From NCBI RefSeq assembly GCF_001447785.1, contig NW_015167097.1:151870-211122 (forward strand): a stretch of 59,253 nt of DNA, read 5' to 3'. Shown piece by piece: positions 24,889-39,014 of the stretch. This DNA is from Gekko japonicus (Eukaryota). Made by a program: the position numbers and the translations under genes. Below the pieces are notes generated by a model. That model was not told where the DNA came from, searched no databases, and saw only the letters and a list, made by a program, of their open reading frames with translations. The stretch's first letter is position 1. The number at the start of each line of letters is the position of its first letter.

Positions 24889-25210
24889 AGCCAGTCGAAT
24901 CCGACTCTAGGGTTGCGGTGCTCATCTCCGTTTCAAAGCCGAAGAGCCAGCGCTGTCCGAAGACGTTTCCGTGGTCATGTGGCCGGCATGACTAAACACC
25001 AAGGCGCACGGAACGCTGTTACCTTCCCACCGGAGTGGTACCTATTTATCTACTTGCAATTTCTTGCTTTCGAAATGCTAGGTTGGCAGGAGCTGGAACC
25101 AGAGACGGGAGCTCACTCCGTCATGCGGCACCCGGGTCTCTAACTGCTGAACTACAGACCTTCCACAGCCTGCAGTTCAGCGTCTTAACCACTTGAGCCA
25201 CCGCAGCTCC
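24889..25210 (-). mobile_element. Sauria SINE lacking its 3' tail
   Basis: Near-identical to the 48531-48873 copy, but missing the ~25 nt containing the ACCTTT tail. Confidence 0.85.
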
Positions 25211-26183
25211 TAAGGNNNNNNNNNNNNNNNNNNNNNNNNNNNNNNNNNNNNNNNNNNNNNNNNNNNNNNNNNNNNNNNNNNNNNNNNNNNNNNNNNNNNN
25301 NNNNNNNNNNNNNNNNNNNNNNNNNNNNNNNNNNNNNNNNNNNNNNNNNNNNNNNNNNNNNNNNNNNNNNNNNNNNNNNNNNNNNNNNNNNNNNNNNNNN
25401 NNNNNNNNNNNNNNNNNNNNNNNNNNNNNNNNNNNNNNNNNNNNNNNNNNNNNNNNNNNNNNNNNNNNNNNNNNNNNNNNNNNNNNNNNNNNNNNNNNNN
25501 NNNNNNNNNNNNNNNNNNNNNNNNNNNNNNNNNNNNNNNNNNNNNNNNNNNNNNNNNNNNNNNNNNNNNNNNNNNNNNNNNNNNNNNNNNNNNNNNNNNN
25601 NNNNNNNNNNNNNNNNNNNNNNNNNNNNNNNNNNNNNNNNNNNNNNNNNNNNNNNNNNNNNNNNNNNNNNNNNNNNNNNNNNNNNNNNNNNNNNNNNNNN
25701 NNNNNNNNNNNNNNNNNNNNNNNNNNNNNNNNNNNNNNNNNNNNNNNNNNNNNNNNNNNNNNNNNNNNNNNNNNNNNNNNNNNNNNNNNNNNNNNNNNNN
25801 NNNNNNNNNNNNNNNNNNNNNNNNNNNNNNNNNNNNNNNNNNNNNNNNNNNNNNNNNNNNNNNNNNNNNNNNNNNNNNNNNNNNNNNNNNNNNNNNNNNN
25901 NNNNNNNNNNNNNNNNNNNNNNNNNNNNNNNNNNNNNNNNNNNNNNNNNNNNNNNNNNNNNNNNNNNNNNNNNNNNNNNNNNNNNNNNNNNNNNNNNNNN
26001 NNNNNNNNNNNNNNNNNNNNNNNNNNNNNNNNNNNNNNNNNNNNNNNNNNNNNNNNNNNNNNNNNNNNNNNNNNNNNNNNNNNNNNCATGGCCCTTAGTT
26101 TGCAAGACCTGAGCAAGGCTGTTAGGATGTTTTGGAGGACATTAGTTCATCTGGTTGCCATAGGTCAGAAGTGACTTGACAGT

Positions 26184-26803
26184 GGGGAATTTCACATTAC
26201 CAGTCTTCTCCCGGTTTCAAGCCGGGAGNNNNNNNNNNNNNNNNNNNNNNNNNNNNNNNNNNNNNNNNNNNNNNNNNNNNNNNNNNNNNNNNNNNNNNNN
26301 NNNNNNNNNNNNNNNNNNNNNNNNNNNNNNNNNNNNNNNNNNNNNNNNNNNNNNNNNNNNNNNNNNNNNNNNNNNNNNNNNNNNNNNNNNNNNNNNNNNN
26401 NNNNNNNNNNNNNNNNNNNNNNNNNNNNNNNNNNNNNNNNNNNNNNNNNNNNNNNNNNNNNNNNNNNNNNNNNNNNNNNNNNNNNNNNNNNNNNNNNNNN
26501 NNNNNNNNNNNNNNNNNNNNNNNNNNNNNNNNNNNNNNNNNNNNNNNNNNNNNNNNNNNNNNNNNNNNNNNNNNNNNNNNNNNNNNNNNNNNNNNNNNNN
26601 NNNNNNNNNNNNNNNNNNNNNNNNNNNNNNNNNNNNNNNNNNNNNNNNNNNTTCCTATACGGAACAGAGACTTTTGTGTGTGAAATGGCAGTCAGATCCC
26701 GGTAGGGAACCGATTCTCAACCGGGTTCTGTCTGAAATGACAGACCAGAACCCGGTTGAGAATCGGTTCCCTACCGGGAGATAGCGCCTGTCTGAAATTC
26801 CCC
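26184..26803. mobile_element. Harbinger-like MITE with a perfect internal hairpin (middle lies in a gap)
   Basis: TIRs GGGGAATTTCACA...TCTGAAATTCCCC; 3-bp TSD AGT (26181-26183, 26804-26806); perfect 34-bp inverted repeat 26697-26730/26746-26779. Confidence 0.75.
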
Positions 26804-26807
26804 AGTA

Positions 26808-26838
<31 letters not shown>

Positions 26839-29559
26839 TACACACACTACTTTTCCTTTGTGGCTCAAGGTGGCCTAATTTGGCTTTTTCCACATGCTCA
26901 CTTTGCAAGAAGTAAGACTATGGGCACGTGTGGGAGACAGCCTTCTGTGCAGTAGCTCCATTGCTCTTGAATTCCCCTGAAGTCTCAAATGCTCTTCTCC
27001 TAGAAATGACCTTCAGAAGACTGGCTATGACTTTTTTTTTCAAAGGACCAACACACGGCTAATAGTGCCATCTTAAGCAGAGCTATACTCTTCTATGTCC
27101 ATTGAAGGGCTTAGAAGGGTATAACTCTGCTTAAGACAGCATTGTCACTGATCTATCTCCCCAAAGCTGACTGTCCTTTTGACAAGTTGTGTTTTTGGAT
27201 TATACTGAAACTGTTATTTTTTATTGATTTTACCATTTTTACTTTGACTACTTTTAATTGTTCTAGGGGATTTTAAACTAGCTTTAGATGTGCTGAGAAT
27301 TTTAAATATTTACTGTTGTCCATTTTACTAATTTTATTATTTTTATATTAGTTAAATTGTTATTCTTATTTATTCAATGTTATTTTTTTATTCTGTGCAT
27401 AAGCTACCCTTAGCGGTTTTAAAGAAAAAGGAGCTGATGAATAAAATCAGACTTTGGAAAAACATTAGGCTAAAGGAAGTTTGTTGTTTAACCTAGGCAT
27501 AGAAAACTGGCATGCTTTATGATGTTTAAAGGACCCCAGGACAGCAAGAAAGGACATGAACAAATGGTTCTCAGTTTCTTCTCACCCAGGCTTTGGAATT
27601 CTTTGTCTCAGGAGACTTGTGTAGCTTCATCTATGCCCATTTTAAGCATCAGGTCAAGACGTGACTATTTCACTGCATGTTGACCTTGTGTAGTAATTAG
27701 ATCTCTTTTTGCTTGCTTGTTAAAAGGACTGCATTGACTGAGTTGCTGCTGTCTTATTATGTTGGTGTTAATTATACCTGTTCCAGTTTTGTGGTGTTCT
27801 GATTTTTATTATGACTAATCACCTTGGGATAGAAATGTTTTAAGAAACACATTAAAATAAACAAACTTAGCCTTGGGATGCAGGCTTCTTGTAATATCTA
27901 GTTCCATCCTGCTGTAACATTGGTTACATCTAATTCAACTTCATCACACAGTCATTGTGTTGTGTACTTCCCTGGATCCCCCAGCTATTGAGATGCCCGG
28001 GAAAACACACAGCATAAAGACACCCAAATGACCCACAATGTGGAGGGACCTCAACACAGGTTAACATTTTGGGAAGCAGCCCTTTGATTGTTTTTTTTCC
28101 CCTTCACCCCAAAATTAGATAAAACTACTTCTTTGTAATGTAAACTTAAGAAAAATATCAAACAACTCAGCAATGCGACTGATGTATGCCATGCCCCTAC
28201 TATTCAACATTTGTTACTAAATTTCTTTTTTTTAAAGAATCTCTTAAGAGTTCAGTGAGCCACCAGAATGATGTTTTCTCTACAGTTTGGTGACAGCAAG
28301 TGGTGTTATAGATTACATCCCAATGATGGTGCCCCCTCATGGGTTAGTTATTCTGTAATACAGCCAGTGTGGTGGAATGGTTAGTGGACCAGGTTCATCA
28401 TCAGCTACCAGGGAGACACAGGTTTAGGGAGCCACAGGTTCAAATCCCCACTCAGCTAGGTAGCCCATTGGGTGACCTTGGGCAAGTCATACTCTCTTGT
28501 CCAGTTTGACCTGTTTCATAGGACTGTTGTGCAGATAAAATGAAGGAGGAGAGAAGTATGTATGATGCCCTGAGAAAAGGAAGAATAAAATGTATAAATA
28601 AACAGGATAATCATCACCCCTTGGTTCTACATGCATCATAACTGCCACTTCTTATAATCCTCACTTTACTTGTAACAATACACCAGGAGGGTGGTGAGAA
28701 GGGTGGAGAATTTCACCCATTAACCATTATTTTGCAATTTGTGTTAAGTAATAGTCAATATACACATTTTGTATGCTTTTGCCCAATAATAACATTCAAT
28801 GCAGGGAAAGTATATCTAGAGATTTCAGATATCAGTCAGAATCTTACATGATTATAATTGTCAGAAAGAGCAAACCAATGTAAATAAAGTCATGTACCAA
28901 TGGCTTTTAACGATAACAACAATATGAATCCAGATTTGAAGCTATAGAGGCAAAAGATTCAAACTGGTGATTTTACTAGGAATCCCTCAAGCTGCAAACT
29001 ACAATGAACTCACTGATCTCACAGAAATTCACTTCTTTTCCTGGTTAGCTGCGTAGTCATCTTCCTTCCTGGTTGTCAAGAATCCTATTGCTCTGACAGC
29101 TGCTGCAACAGTATGAGGTGTCATCTTGGAGAGGATGCCAAATTCTCTGTTAATTTAATTTTGTGTGTGCATGTGTGTATTCTTAAAAGCATTGTAGAAT
29201 CTTTCTGGGCTTCTGCTCAAATAATGTGTAACACAAAGGATCCCTGATCGAGGGTACTATTATCAGTGAACCAGATGAGTCTAGAACTTTCAAAACATAT
29301 ATGGGTTTTTTTTTAAAGACAGTTGAAGCAATCTCTCTTTTTTAATTGTGAAGAAAATGCACCACAGAAATAAATTTGCAGTGTGTTTATTTATAAATTT
29401 GCAGTGTTGTAAAGGCAATCAGGGTATGGGTGAGGGTAGCACCAGCTTTACCATAAAATAAAATGAAACACTCAAGAGAGGACATCATTTTCCTGCCTCC
29501 AGTCTCTATTATTTATTTAAGTTTACATAGCCACAAACTGTTTCTTTCCCAATCCATAA

Positions 29560-30310
29560 CTAAATAGAAAATATCTAACATACAGCTCTCTAAACTAATG
29601 CCAATATGTGTCACTGTACTTTGCAATTAGAATAGTTCCAGTATGTAGCAAATGGAGTCCAGGTATCTACAAAACCAGAAGCTGACCACCATTTCTGTGT
29701 CCACATGTATCGATAACTAAAACACATACTAGACTTTGTTTTAACCACTGCCTCAAAGATGGGGTGTCCTGCTGCTTCCACATTTGCACTAAAGGCATCC
29801 TAGCCGCAATAACCTGCTGCTGTAGAAGATTCTTTTGGAGCCTTCCCATTCCAACTAGTAAACCTCCTAAAAGATAAATCCTTGATGTAGGTTTAAAAAC
29901 ACACCTCAGGATCACCTCTGCTTTTTTAATGGCTCCTTAGCCTGGAGAAAGGCTCCAAGCTTTGCTCAGTGGAGTTGAAAGATACAGTCCATTATTTTCT
30001 GCTGATGCTGATCAACAGCACTTAGCCCATCCATGTACGTTTGCTAATTTTTTTATATAGTAGGTCTGCTAATCTTATAAAATCATATAAAGAGAGGTCT
30101 AGGAATCCTGTTATGTTATTTATAAAGACTAGGAGAAGAGCTGCACATTATATGTCTGTGATTCTTTTTTCTGGACAACTTTTAACGAAACACGGCCTTG
30201 GGGGCTGCAGTCTAAGAGATGGATTGATGTGGGAGAAGATTCATTTGGGGAGATGGAGGCAGGGGGAAGGAGGCTATTTAACTCTTTCAATTCTGCAATT
30301 TTCACTCTGA
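29560..30310 (-). mobile_element. Old L1-clade ORF2 3' remnant
   Basis: ORF 29667-29915 contains IAAR...WKQQDTPSLRQWL, resembling the L1 ORF2 C-terminus of the other L1 copies in the window. Confidence 0.55.
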
Positions 30311-33300
30311 AATATATCTTTCACAAATTGCTTGTACCCCTGCTGGGGTCGGGGAAAACTTCTGAGTTCCTTTATGTTTTCCCTGGTGGAGTAAAAGCAG
30401 CTTGAGTGGCAGTTTTCAAAGGGAAATTTGAACAAGGGGAAACAGTAACAACCTCTCTCCCCCTGTGTCAATCTTCTTTAAATTACAGCCCCCGTGGCTA
30501 AATTGTTTCAGAATAATTGTACATATCTAAGTTGCACCCCACCTTTCCTCCCAATGGGAACTCCAAGCGCCTTCCATCATTCTTCTCTCTTCCCTTTTAG
30601 CTTCACAACAACAAGGTGAAGTAGGTTAGGCTGTGAGCGTACAGCTGGCCCAAAGTCACCCAACAAGCTTGCATGGTGCAGTGGGGATTCAAACCTGAGT
30701 CTCCCAGATCCTAGTGTGATACTCTAACACCAGATTGGAATAATCATGGAATTGCTTGCAGTGTGAAATTCTAGTCATAGGCATCAGGATGGTATTAAAT
30801 CACGGGAGAGGCGGGATTCAGCACAACAGGAACGGTCGCACTGGGAAGAGCTCCCGGGTGCTGGCTGGATCGCCGGCTCCTTTAGGAGGGTTCGGGGGCT
30901 CCCCTCAAATGAACTTCCCATACAGAAGCTCATTGCAAGGGGCTTGATTTGGACCCCCTCACAAGCAGCAGCAAGCAGGCGCAAGGTCCAAATTTGCCCC
31001 GACGCAGGAGCCCACTGAGAGCGCCCATGTCAAACATGGGCGCGCAGTCATGACTGCCCAGCAGGAGGGGACAAGCTGGAACCTCATCCATACCATCAAT
31101 GAAGTACAACACCATGAGTACATTGTAAAGCAACATCAGAGAATCTACCATCTATTGTGAAGCCCCTTTAAAGTTTAAAAAGACATTGGAATGGAGGGGT
31201 GAAAAATTCACTTCCTGCCCCCCTCCTTCCTTTCCGGCGGCTACGAAAAGAATTCAAAGCAACTTCTCAAATAGCCTCTTGTCTAAGACTGTATTTTGTG
31301 GAATATAAAATATAAAATTGGAGAAAAACTTGTTGAATTTGACTCTGAATCTTAGTGAACAGAAACGGAATCTCCCCACCCCACCCCTATTTCTTGTCTG
31401 GAAATAAAAAGAAAGCAGCCGAAACATCATGAAGACCTTCTAAAGCATTAAACCAAAGTTGCTGAAATAAGGACTAAAGTTGACTATACTTTAAATAAAT
31501 GGAATATAAAGACTTGATCTCTTAAGGGGGAGGGGGAATTGGACCCTACACTGATTTTTTTCACTTATTACATTCCCATAACAATTTTATGTTTTCCTTT
31601 ACTGAAACTACAAATCTCCATTTTGTTCTGACCGCAATGTCTTGAAATGTAAATAATAGATAACATTCCCAACTCATTTCGATATTGTCTCTCTGTTTAA
31701 TATGACTATAACAATTGTTGATATATGCTTATTAGACATGGTGCCATTGTAAAACTTTGTTGGAAAATATTTCTAGAGATTCTTTGTTTTTAACACGTTG
31801 TTGAAAAAATTGATGGCACAGATAAACTTCAAATGGTGCCAGAGGCTTTATTCTCAGATACAATGGAACTTATAAGCATTGAATTATTACAGATCTCCTT
31901 AAAAGATTTGCATAGTTTAATTCAAAACATAGTTATGGTAGCTGTAAAAAGGGCAGTCAAATAAATTTTTTACCCTACACAAGAGGAAACAGAAATGCTG
32001 ATGCAACAAACTAAGAAGGAAACAGTTAAGATAGCCTGGAAAGAGGAGGAAGAAAGACATGACTGTGTAGAGGATATAGAGGAAACCTACAATCAAGATG
32101 ACATGATCCACAGAATGGAGTTTGCGCCTATAAAGAGAAACAAAACTTCCACAAATGTGCATCAGAGACTTAATAAAAGAACCATCGGTGAGCCTTTTGA
32201 CTGGAGATGCTGTGGACTGAACTTGGGGCCTTCTGCATGCAAAGCAGGTGCTCTACCATTGAGCCATGGCCTCTCCATTTGGTTTCCCTCAGAGCAGCCA
32301 CACAGTTTACTGGCTCTGAATGACTTACCCTTTCTCCTGAACAGCTATAAGTGAACGACACGTAGCAATTGTGGTATTTTACCCTGATAACTGGCAAATA
32401 AACTAAACATTCTGTTTTTAAAAAGAGCTTCAAAGAATACCAAACATACACATAAAAGCTAAGTAGTGGTGATTTAGCAGTACTATCGTATTTTAAGTGA
32501 AACTATATGTCTAATCTCACCCCTAAAGAGACACACTTGTTTTTAGACTCATCTTTGGCTTTTCCATTCAGCAGAGAAAACTGAAGCAATAAAAAGAGAA
32601 AGCAAACCTCCAGCCACATGTACATGCATTCCCTTCCATTCACGCTGACTGAAATGAGCAAATTATTATTTCTCTTGGTATTCTAAAAATTATGGGGTGG
32701 ATCCTACCTAGCTTTCACAGAAACTTCTCAGTATATCTCCTCTTGCTATAACCCAGCTGTGCCTCCTGGGGAACAAAGTGGGAGGAGGAACTTGGCAGAT
32801 AGCTCCCTTTTCCTCCAGCAGAAGTTCATTCCACCAGCAGAAAAATATAGTTAGGATTCAGCACTATATGTGGTGAGAATACTTGGTGCAAGAAACATAC
32901 GACCTTGTAAAGTAGTAGCCTCTCCAAGTGTAAGCCTTCGATGCATTCCTTGCTGGGCCTGTATTATTGTTGCCAACTTCCCGGTAGGACCTAGAACTCT
33001 CCTGGAATTGCAACTGATCTCCAGACTGCTGAGATCAGTTCCTTTGGAAAAATGGCAGCTCTGGGGGTGTGTGAGAATTCTGGGGCATCATGTTTGTGCT
33101 GAGCCCCCTCCCCTCCCAATCTCTGTTCCCAAATCTCCAAGAATTTTGCAACCTGGAGTTGGCTGCCCTAGCCTGTTTCCAGTAGTCAAGTCTTGATACA
33201 CTTACCTAGGGCAATCTCAACATTCAGTTTCTCTCAGCAAGAAGATATCTATATCCTTTCCTCTATTCTGGTCTAACCATATTAGAAAAGAACCTGACTC

Positions 33301-35299
33301 AGTCCAAGATGACAGGCATTATTTGCATCCTCAAGAAAGGCAAAAAAGTACACATCATCATTGCTCATGAAAATACAATTGCTTCCAAAGATCCATTTAT
33401 CCCTGCTTTCCCAAATAACATGTTTAGGTGCAGTATAGATGAGAAAAACGTAACATTACAGCCATTTAATTATTCAGATAATCTGACTGTTTCAACTCAG
33501 CCTATATTGATTGCTTAGAAAAGTCTGTAAATCAAAATATCCATTATCATTGGTCAAAAGGATCTGCCTTTGTCATCTACAGAAGAGAGTTCATTTCTAG
33601 GACTGGCTCACACAGAATCACTCAGACATGTAAATGGATACTGTCTGTAAAAGGTTAATGTTTCACATCAATAAAAGGAATATTTACCTTAGGAGATCAG
33701 CAAAAACAGACCTAAAGTAATAGCTGATTAATAATTTAGCTTTTTAATGATGCTCTCTAAAATTCTGGATTCCATGGCAGCAGGCCACAAGTTCTCAGTA
33801 TTTATTTCTGTAAGATTTACTTCTAGTATGCCTGTGCTGCATGGTATCAAATGGAACTCAGCTGAGTGTAAAAGCTCAGAATGATTTCCAGTATCCCCAC
33901 AGCCCATAGCTGCCTGGTATTGCAGAAGTAAATTGCCTTGTTTATTACCATACACCATATTATAAGAAGGAGATGTACCCAAGGCTTTTCTTGACTTTCA
34001 GGATTTTCATACTACACCTAAGTTTCCGCTCCATCTTGATTGATCTTAAATACATTTGCCTGGAAGCAAGCTCATTGATTTATAATCCCATGCCAGAACA
34101 ACACTGCAGCTACTTGTGGAGTTGTGCTGGCGTCACTAGCTCCTCCAACATGTTCTGTTGGTGTGGCAATAGATCCATAAGAAAAACAGCAGCAGATGCG
34201 GCAAAGAGGCAACATGCAAAAGCTTGACAAGAAAGATATGGCAGAGAAGGGATGCAGCAGGCAGGACAGGCTGCATGCAGGATTCACTCTTGTACTTCCT
34301 AAGAGGCACTGTAGAGTCAGCTACGTTGGCAAAACCCTACCCTGCTGGAGTAGACTCAAATTGGACTGCAACTGTTTCACAGCATTATAGAATGGAACAA
34401 TCCAATTCTAGAGTGCCAAAGGAGCTGACTCGGCACCAGCCATAGCTATACAGACATGTAGGATCAAGAAGCTGGCATTGTAAGATAAGCCTGTTAATCA
34501 AAGTATGTGCCAATTAGCAGTATAATTAATGCTTTGGGAGCTGGATGTTTTGCCTGCCATAGCTAGAGGCCTACATTTTGTCCCTAGAGGAACTGGAAAG
34601 ACCTGCTTTGATTGTGGCCAATCTTGTGATACCACATTTGTGAAAAAAAGGAAGTCCAGCCCTCACTGTTACATAAGCAGCTACAAAGGGGGCATAATGA
34701 ATGGAGCACTCTGCAATCTCACAAAAGCAAGGGAGACCATTTCACTGAAATGTTGTTCAGTTATACTCAAGAATCAAGAAACCCTTTCGTCTTGCATACA
34801 TTCAAATAACTAGGAGTCTGTAATGCTCTTTCAACATTTTGTAATGCTAGCTGCAAAGCTGATAAAAAGCAGACTGTACCAATAACTGAATCAAATATTG
34901 TATGATAACCTGTCAAAACATACAAAACATACAAAACCTGTCAAAACATACAAAGGGCACAAGAGGGTGGACTTGGGAGTCCAAACTTATGCAGACCTAC
35001 TCAGAGGTCTGTCCCATTTTATTCAGTGGGGCTTACTCCCAGGAAAGCAGGATTGAAGCCTTCATTTCATAACAGTTGGAACAACTGGTCAAGAGCCTTT
35101 CTGGAAATTTATTCTTGTGACTAGCTTGCATAGATATGAAACAACTCTGGAAAGTGCTCCTATTAACACTGGATAGGTTTTCCATCCCATCATCAAGCCA
35201 CCAACTGCAGCCACTCAAAAAGGTAAATTTTACCTCATCCCATTCTACACTGTGGTCTGTCAGGGTCAGCCCTTCTGCTAAATGGTCTCAGGTATTTGG

Positions 35300-35480
35300 G
35301 AGGGGCCGTGTTTCCATGGCAGAGCACCTGCTCGGCATGCAGAAGGTCTCAGGTTCAATCCTGGGTATCTCTGTTAAGGATCAGATTTTAGGGGATAGGA
35401 AAGACCTGAAACCTTGGAGAGCCACTGCCAGTCTAAGTAGACAACACTAACTTTGATGACTCAGTACAAGGTAGCTTGGG
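35300..35480 (+). mobile_element. tRNA-derived SINE
   Basis: Head ggggccgtg...ggcagagcacctgct...ggttcaatcc (A/B boxes), body gagagccactgccagtct; partial copies at 612-770, 18420-18520, 32200-32270 and 48890-48952. Confidence 0.6.
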
Positions 35481-35765
35481 TATTGTATTGCTCCCAACAT
35501 AATTGTCAGGTCTCTTCACAAACTACATTTTGAAATACTTGGGAATTTGACTGTGAATCCCCCCTCCATGTTGTGTGTACCCTCTCTGGAAAATATTTCC
35601 TAAATTCTAAAAGAACTTTCTGTTGGCCGCAGAGAGAGCTCCACCTTCTTCCAGAGCACTGGGTGGGAAAAAATGCCTGATGTGGCCAGCATAAGTACAG
35701 TGCCAACAGAAGGTGGGTTGTTCTCCCAAGGTACAATCTGAAAAGGCCCCAAATTACCACACTAA

Positions 35766-36290
35766 GGCCCCGGTCACACAGGCCGGAAAACGCGGGGGTG
35801 GGAGCATGGCTGTTTGCCCTGGAGCAAAGTAAAGCGTGGCAGCCCGATCACACATCCTGTCGAGTTCCCGTGGTTAGGCTGTTAGGTGCTGATCACACGG
35901 CTATCCTGAAGCGCAGCAAAGAAGCGGCGTGGCGCGATCACACCAGCAATCGCTAGGCGCCACTTCTGTGGCAAATGGGAATTTTCCCCCCCTCACCGAC
36001 GTTTGCACATGCACCGTTGGGTGTTTGTGCGCATCCTGTGGAGACTAAAAAAAATCCAGTTTGCGACGGGACATGGACAGATGCCGAATACCATGGGATT
36101 CAAGCGGAAACGCGATCAGACGCCCGCCCTTGCCCTGCAGTTTCCGGAAACTAGTGCGCTTTCTGCAGTAGTTTTTCACTCCGCATCTTCGGTGGGAAGC
36201 CACGGGTGCACTACGCTTCCCAGATGTTGCGGTGTGACCGTGCACCGAAAATCCGCCTGTCATTCGTGTCTTTAGTGCGGCAACTTCTCC
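35766..36290. mobile_element. Harbinger/PIF-like MITE, right end degenerate
   Basis: TAA|GGCCCCGGTCACACAG left TIR; colinear with 15831-16343. Confidence 0.7.
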
Positions 36291-36539
36291 GCCTAAGTTA
36301 ACGAAACTTTCTATGGAAGATTTAGAGGACAGGCTAAATGTGAAGGCTCAGGTTGACACATCCACTCATATGGATGTTTCGAATTCTCTTCTAAAGCCAT
36401 GTTTCTGAGAATATACTAACATAAACCCACAAAAATTATATATGTGGAAAGCTATATCTTCTTTTTAAATTCCAAGGCTTTGTCCATCAGCTTCAAGGTC
36501 TCTTGGATGGGATATGTGCCACGAGACTGGGGGAGGGGT

Positions 36540-37080
36540 GGCAAAAAGGCTACTGGGGTCTTGGGGTATATCAATAGAGGCATAACATCCAAATTGTCAA
36601 TGTCATAGTCCAGCTATACACCACATTGGTCAGGTCACATCTGAAGTACCGCATGCAGTTCTGGAGGCCTCATTTCAAAAAGGATGTGGATAGAATGGAG
36701 TGGGTACAGAGGAGAGTGACGAAGATGATCAGAAAAGACTGAGGGGCTTGGGAATGTTCAATCTGGAGAAGAGAAGGTTGAAGGGGCAGATAATTGCTCT
36801 AAGTATTTGAAAGGCTATCACTTAAAGGAGGGCAGGGAACTGTTCCTTTTGGCAGCAGAGGAAAGGACTTGCAATAATGGGCTTAAATTATGGGCGGAAA
36901 GGTACTGGCTAGACATTGGGGGATTACAGTAATTGAGCAGTGGAATTGGCTGCGGGGGGGGGGGGGATCTCTCCCTCACTGGCAGTCTTCAAGTAGCAGC
37001 TGGACAAACACTGTCAGGGTTGCATTAGACTGATCCTGCACTGAGCAGGGGGTTGGACTAGATGGCCTTCCAACTCTGAG
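36540..37080 (+). mobile_element. CR1 LINE 3' fragment
   Basis: CR1 hallmarks (cagttctggaggcctcatttcaaaaaggat, ctggagaagagaagg, gcagggggttggactagatggccttccaactct). Confidence 0.8.
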
Positions 37081-37810
37081 GCCTCTAGCATATGTCAATT
37101 TCTCCTACAATGTTAAAGCCATTCTTCAGGCATCAGAATCTTCAGATGTTGGAGGGGGTCTCCCCGTTCTTTTACTGCTAGGCTCAGGTCTTCCTTCAGA
37201 CCTCAGGGGGGTTGTGCCTGGGTTTCGGTCCCCCAGGGTCTTTCTTTTCCAACTATAATTCTTCCCAGCCAACATTTTGCCCTCCCTGATATGCCAGATT
37301 TGTCTTAGAGGAGGCAAGAGCCACCAAAAGGGGGCTCAGAAATGGACCCCATCATAATTTGGCGGTCTCACGTTTTCCTACATGAATGTTTAGTTTCCGC
37401 GCAACAATGATCTCAATCATAATCAGCATGAATGAGTGGTTTTACAAAGGAATCTCATGGAGATTTTCAACACGAACAGGCTACTTAAAGTAAACAGAAA
37501 GGAAGAATATGGGAAACATATTAAGTGTGTCCAGGCACAAAGCATTGCTTCTTTACTACACTGGCATTAAGCTGTTTTGGAAATTAAGTTATTTTTAGCA
37601 CAAATTTGGTTTTTGTTTTTTATTTTCCATCTTTCATACTCTGCCCATCTGCCAGAACTATCTAGGCTGCATTTCTGAAATGTTTCACATTATATTGTGT
37701 CCATCCAAATGTAGGAATGATTTTCACCTTTTTCAGAAGGAAATAGTTTTTTAGATAAACAACTTTCCTTCTATGGAAGTACAGCATTGTACCAGAGGTA
37801 GGGAGAAAGT

Positions 37811-39014
37811 CCTATCTGGCAGACTGGAAAACCATTGAGAATATAGGGTTCCACCCTAAATCGCTGGAGGAAGTGTTATGGATGCCGCCGTCATCCCGCC
37901 CCAGAAGATCAGGATACAGTGAGCTTCTACAGGCATCTCTTGGGGCTTGGGACCGACTTAGAACTTATCTGGTCTCTCCATCTTCACCACTGCAGACGTT
38001 TTTGGGCCAGAGCTGGTTTTGCCCAGGGGAAGATCCCTCGGCTTATCGCTGCTGGAGGAAGCAGGGCCTTACCAGATTTTGTGACATCATGGCCAGAGGC
38101 TGCCTACATAGTCAACAAGAAATAGAACGTAAGTTACAGGGACAGGTATCCTGGTTTGAATATGAACAAGTTAAACACTTAGTGTGTCATGACTCGCATA
38201 CCCCTTTGCCGGATACGATTTTGCGCCTGTTTGAAGATCTTATGGCGGCTCAGATCTTACCTAATAGGGGATTGGTGTCAAAAGTGTACTGTCTTCTTAA
38301 TTCTCAACATAAAGAAGAACAGACTGGATATCAAACAAAATGGCATAGAGATATTGGTCAGTCGCTTACCTCCGAACAGTGGACTGCGATCTGGTCTTCT
38401 CCTCTTTGCCGCTCCCGTTCCACCAATATTCAAATGTTAACTTATAAACTTTTATTTCGATGGTACCTGACCCCGCATCAGCTGCATGGCATTAACCCCG
38501 CGATCTCGGACAGATGTTGGAAAAATTGTGGGGGCCGTGGCACCTATATTCATTGCTGGTGGGAGTGTCCCAAGGTCCAGGCCTTCTGGAGAGAAGTCAA
38601 TGCCCAAATACTTTTAATTACAGGTTGCGCCCTCCAACTACAACCCTCCTTGTTCCTTTTGAATCATTGGAGCCATCCTGCCCCCAATGGGCTTATGAAA
38701 GAGTTGATAGAATTGTGTCTTGCGGCCGCTAGGAATGTTATTGCATTTCATTGGAAATCCAAGAAGACGCTGCTACTGAGTGACTGGTTCCTGAAACTGT
38801 GGGACTTCTTTTTACAGGACAAAGTTTCCACTAGCATCCTACGATCCGAAAATCAACCCGTTCCTGACAATCTTCAAGAAAAATGGATGCCCCTCTTGGA
38901 AGCCTCAGCAGCACATAAAATCGACACCTCCCTGTTTGCCCTGCATAAACACCAGGACTTGCTTTCCTATTTTTAACTGTTTTTTATATTTAATAAAAAA
39001 AAATTAAAAAAAAA
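37811..39014 (+). mobile_element. Young 5'-truncated L1-clade LINE
   Basis: Uninterrupted ORF2 C-terminal frame (open from ~37813 to the stop at 38976) with CWKNC...HCWWEC zinc knuckle and AARNVIAFHWK; AATAAA and poly(A) tail; 15-bp TSD AGGTAGGGAGAAAGT at 37796-37810 and 39015-39029. Confidence 0.92.

Noticed and set aside
25121-26784. Long ORFs spanning N runs
   Set aside because: Artefacts of assembly gaps.
31995-32354. 119-aa ORF with a charged N-terminus
   Set aside because: The 3' half runs through a SINE remnant; no identifiable domain.
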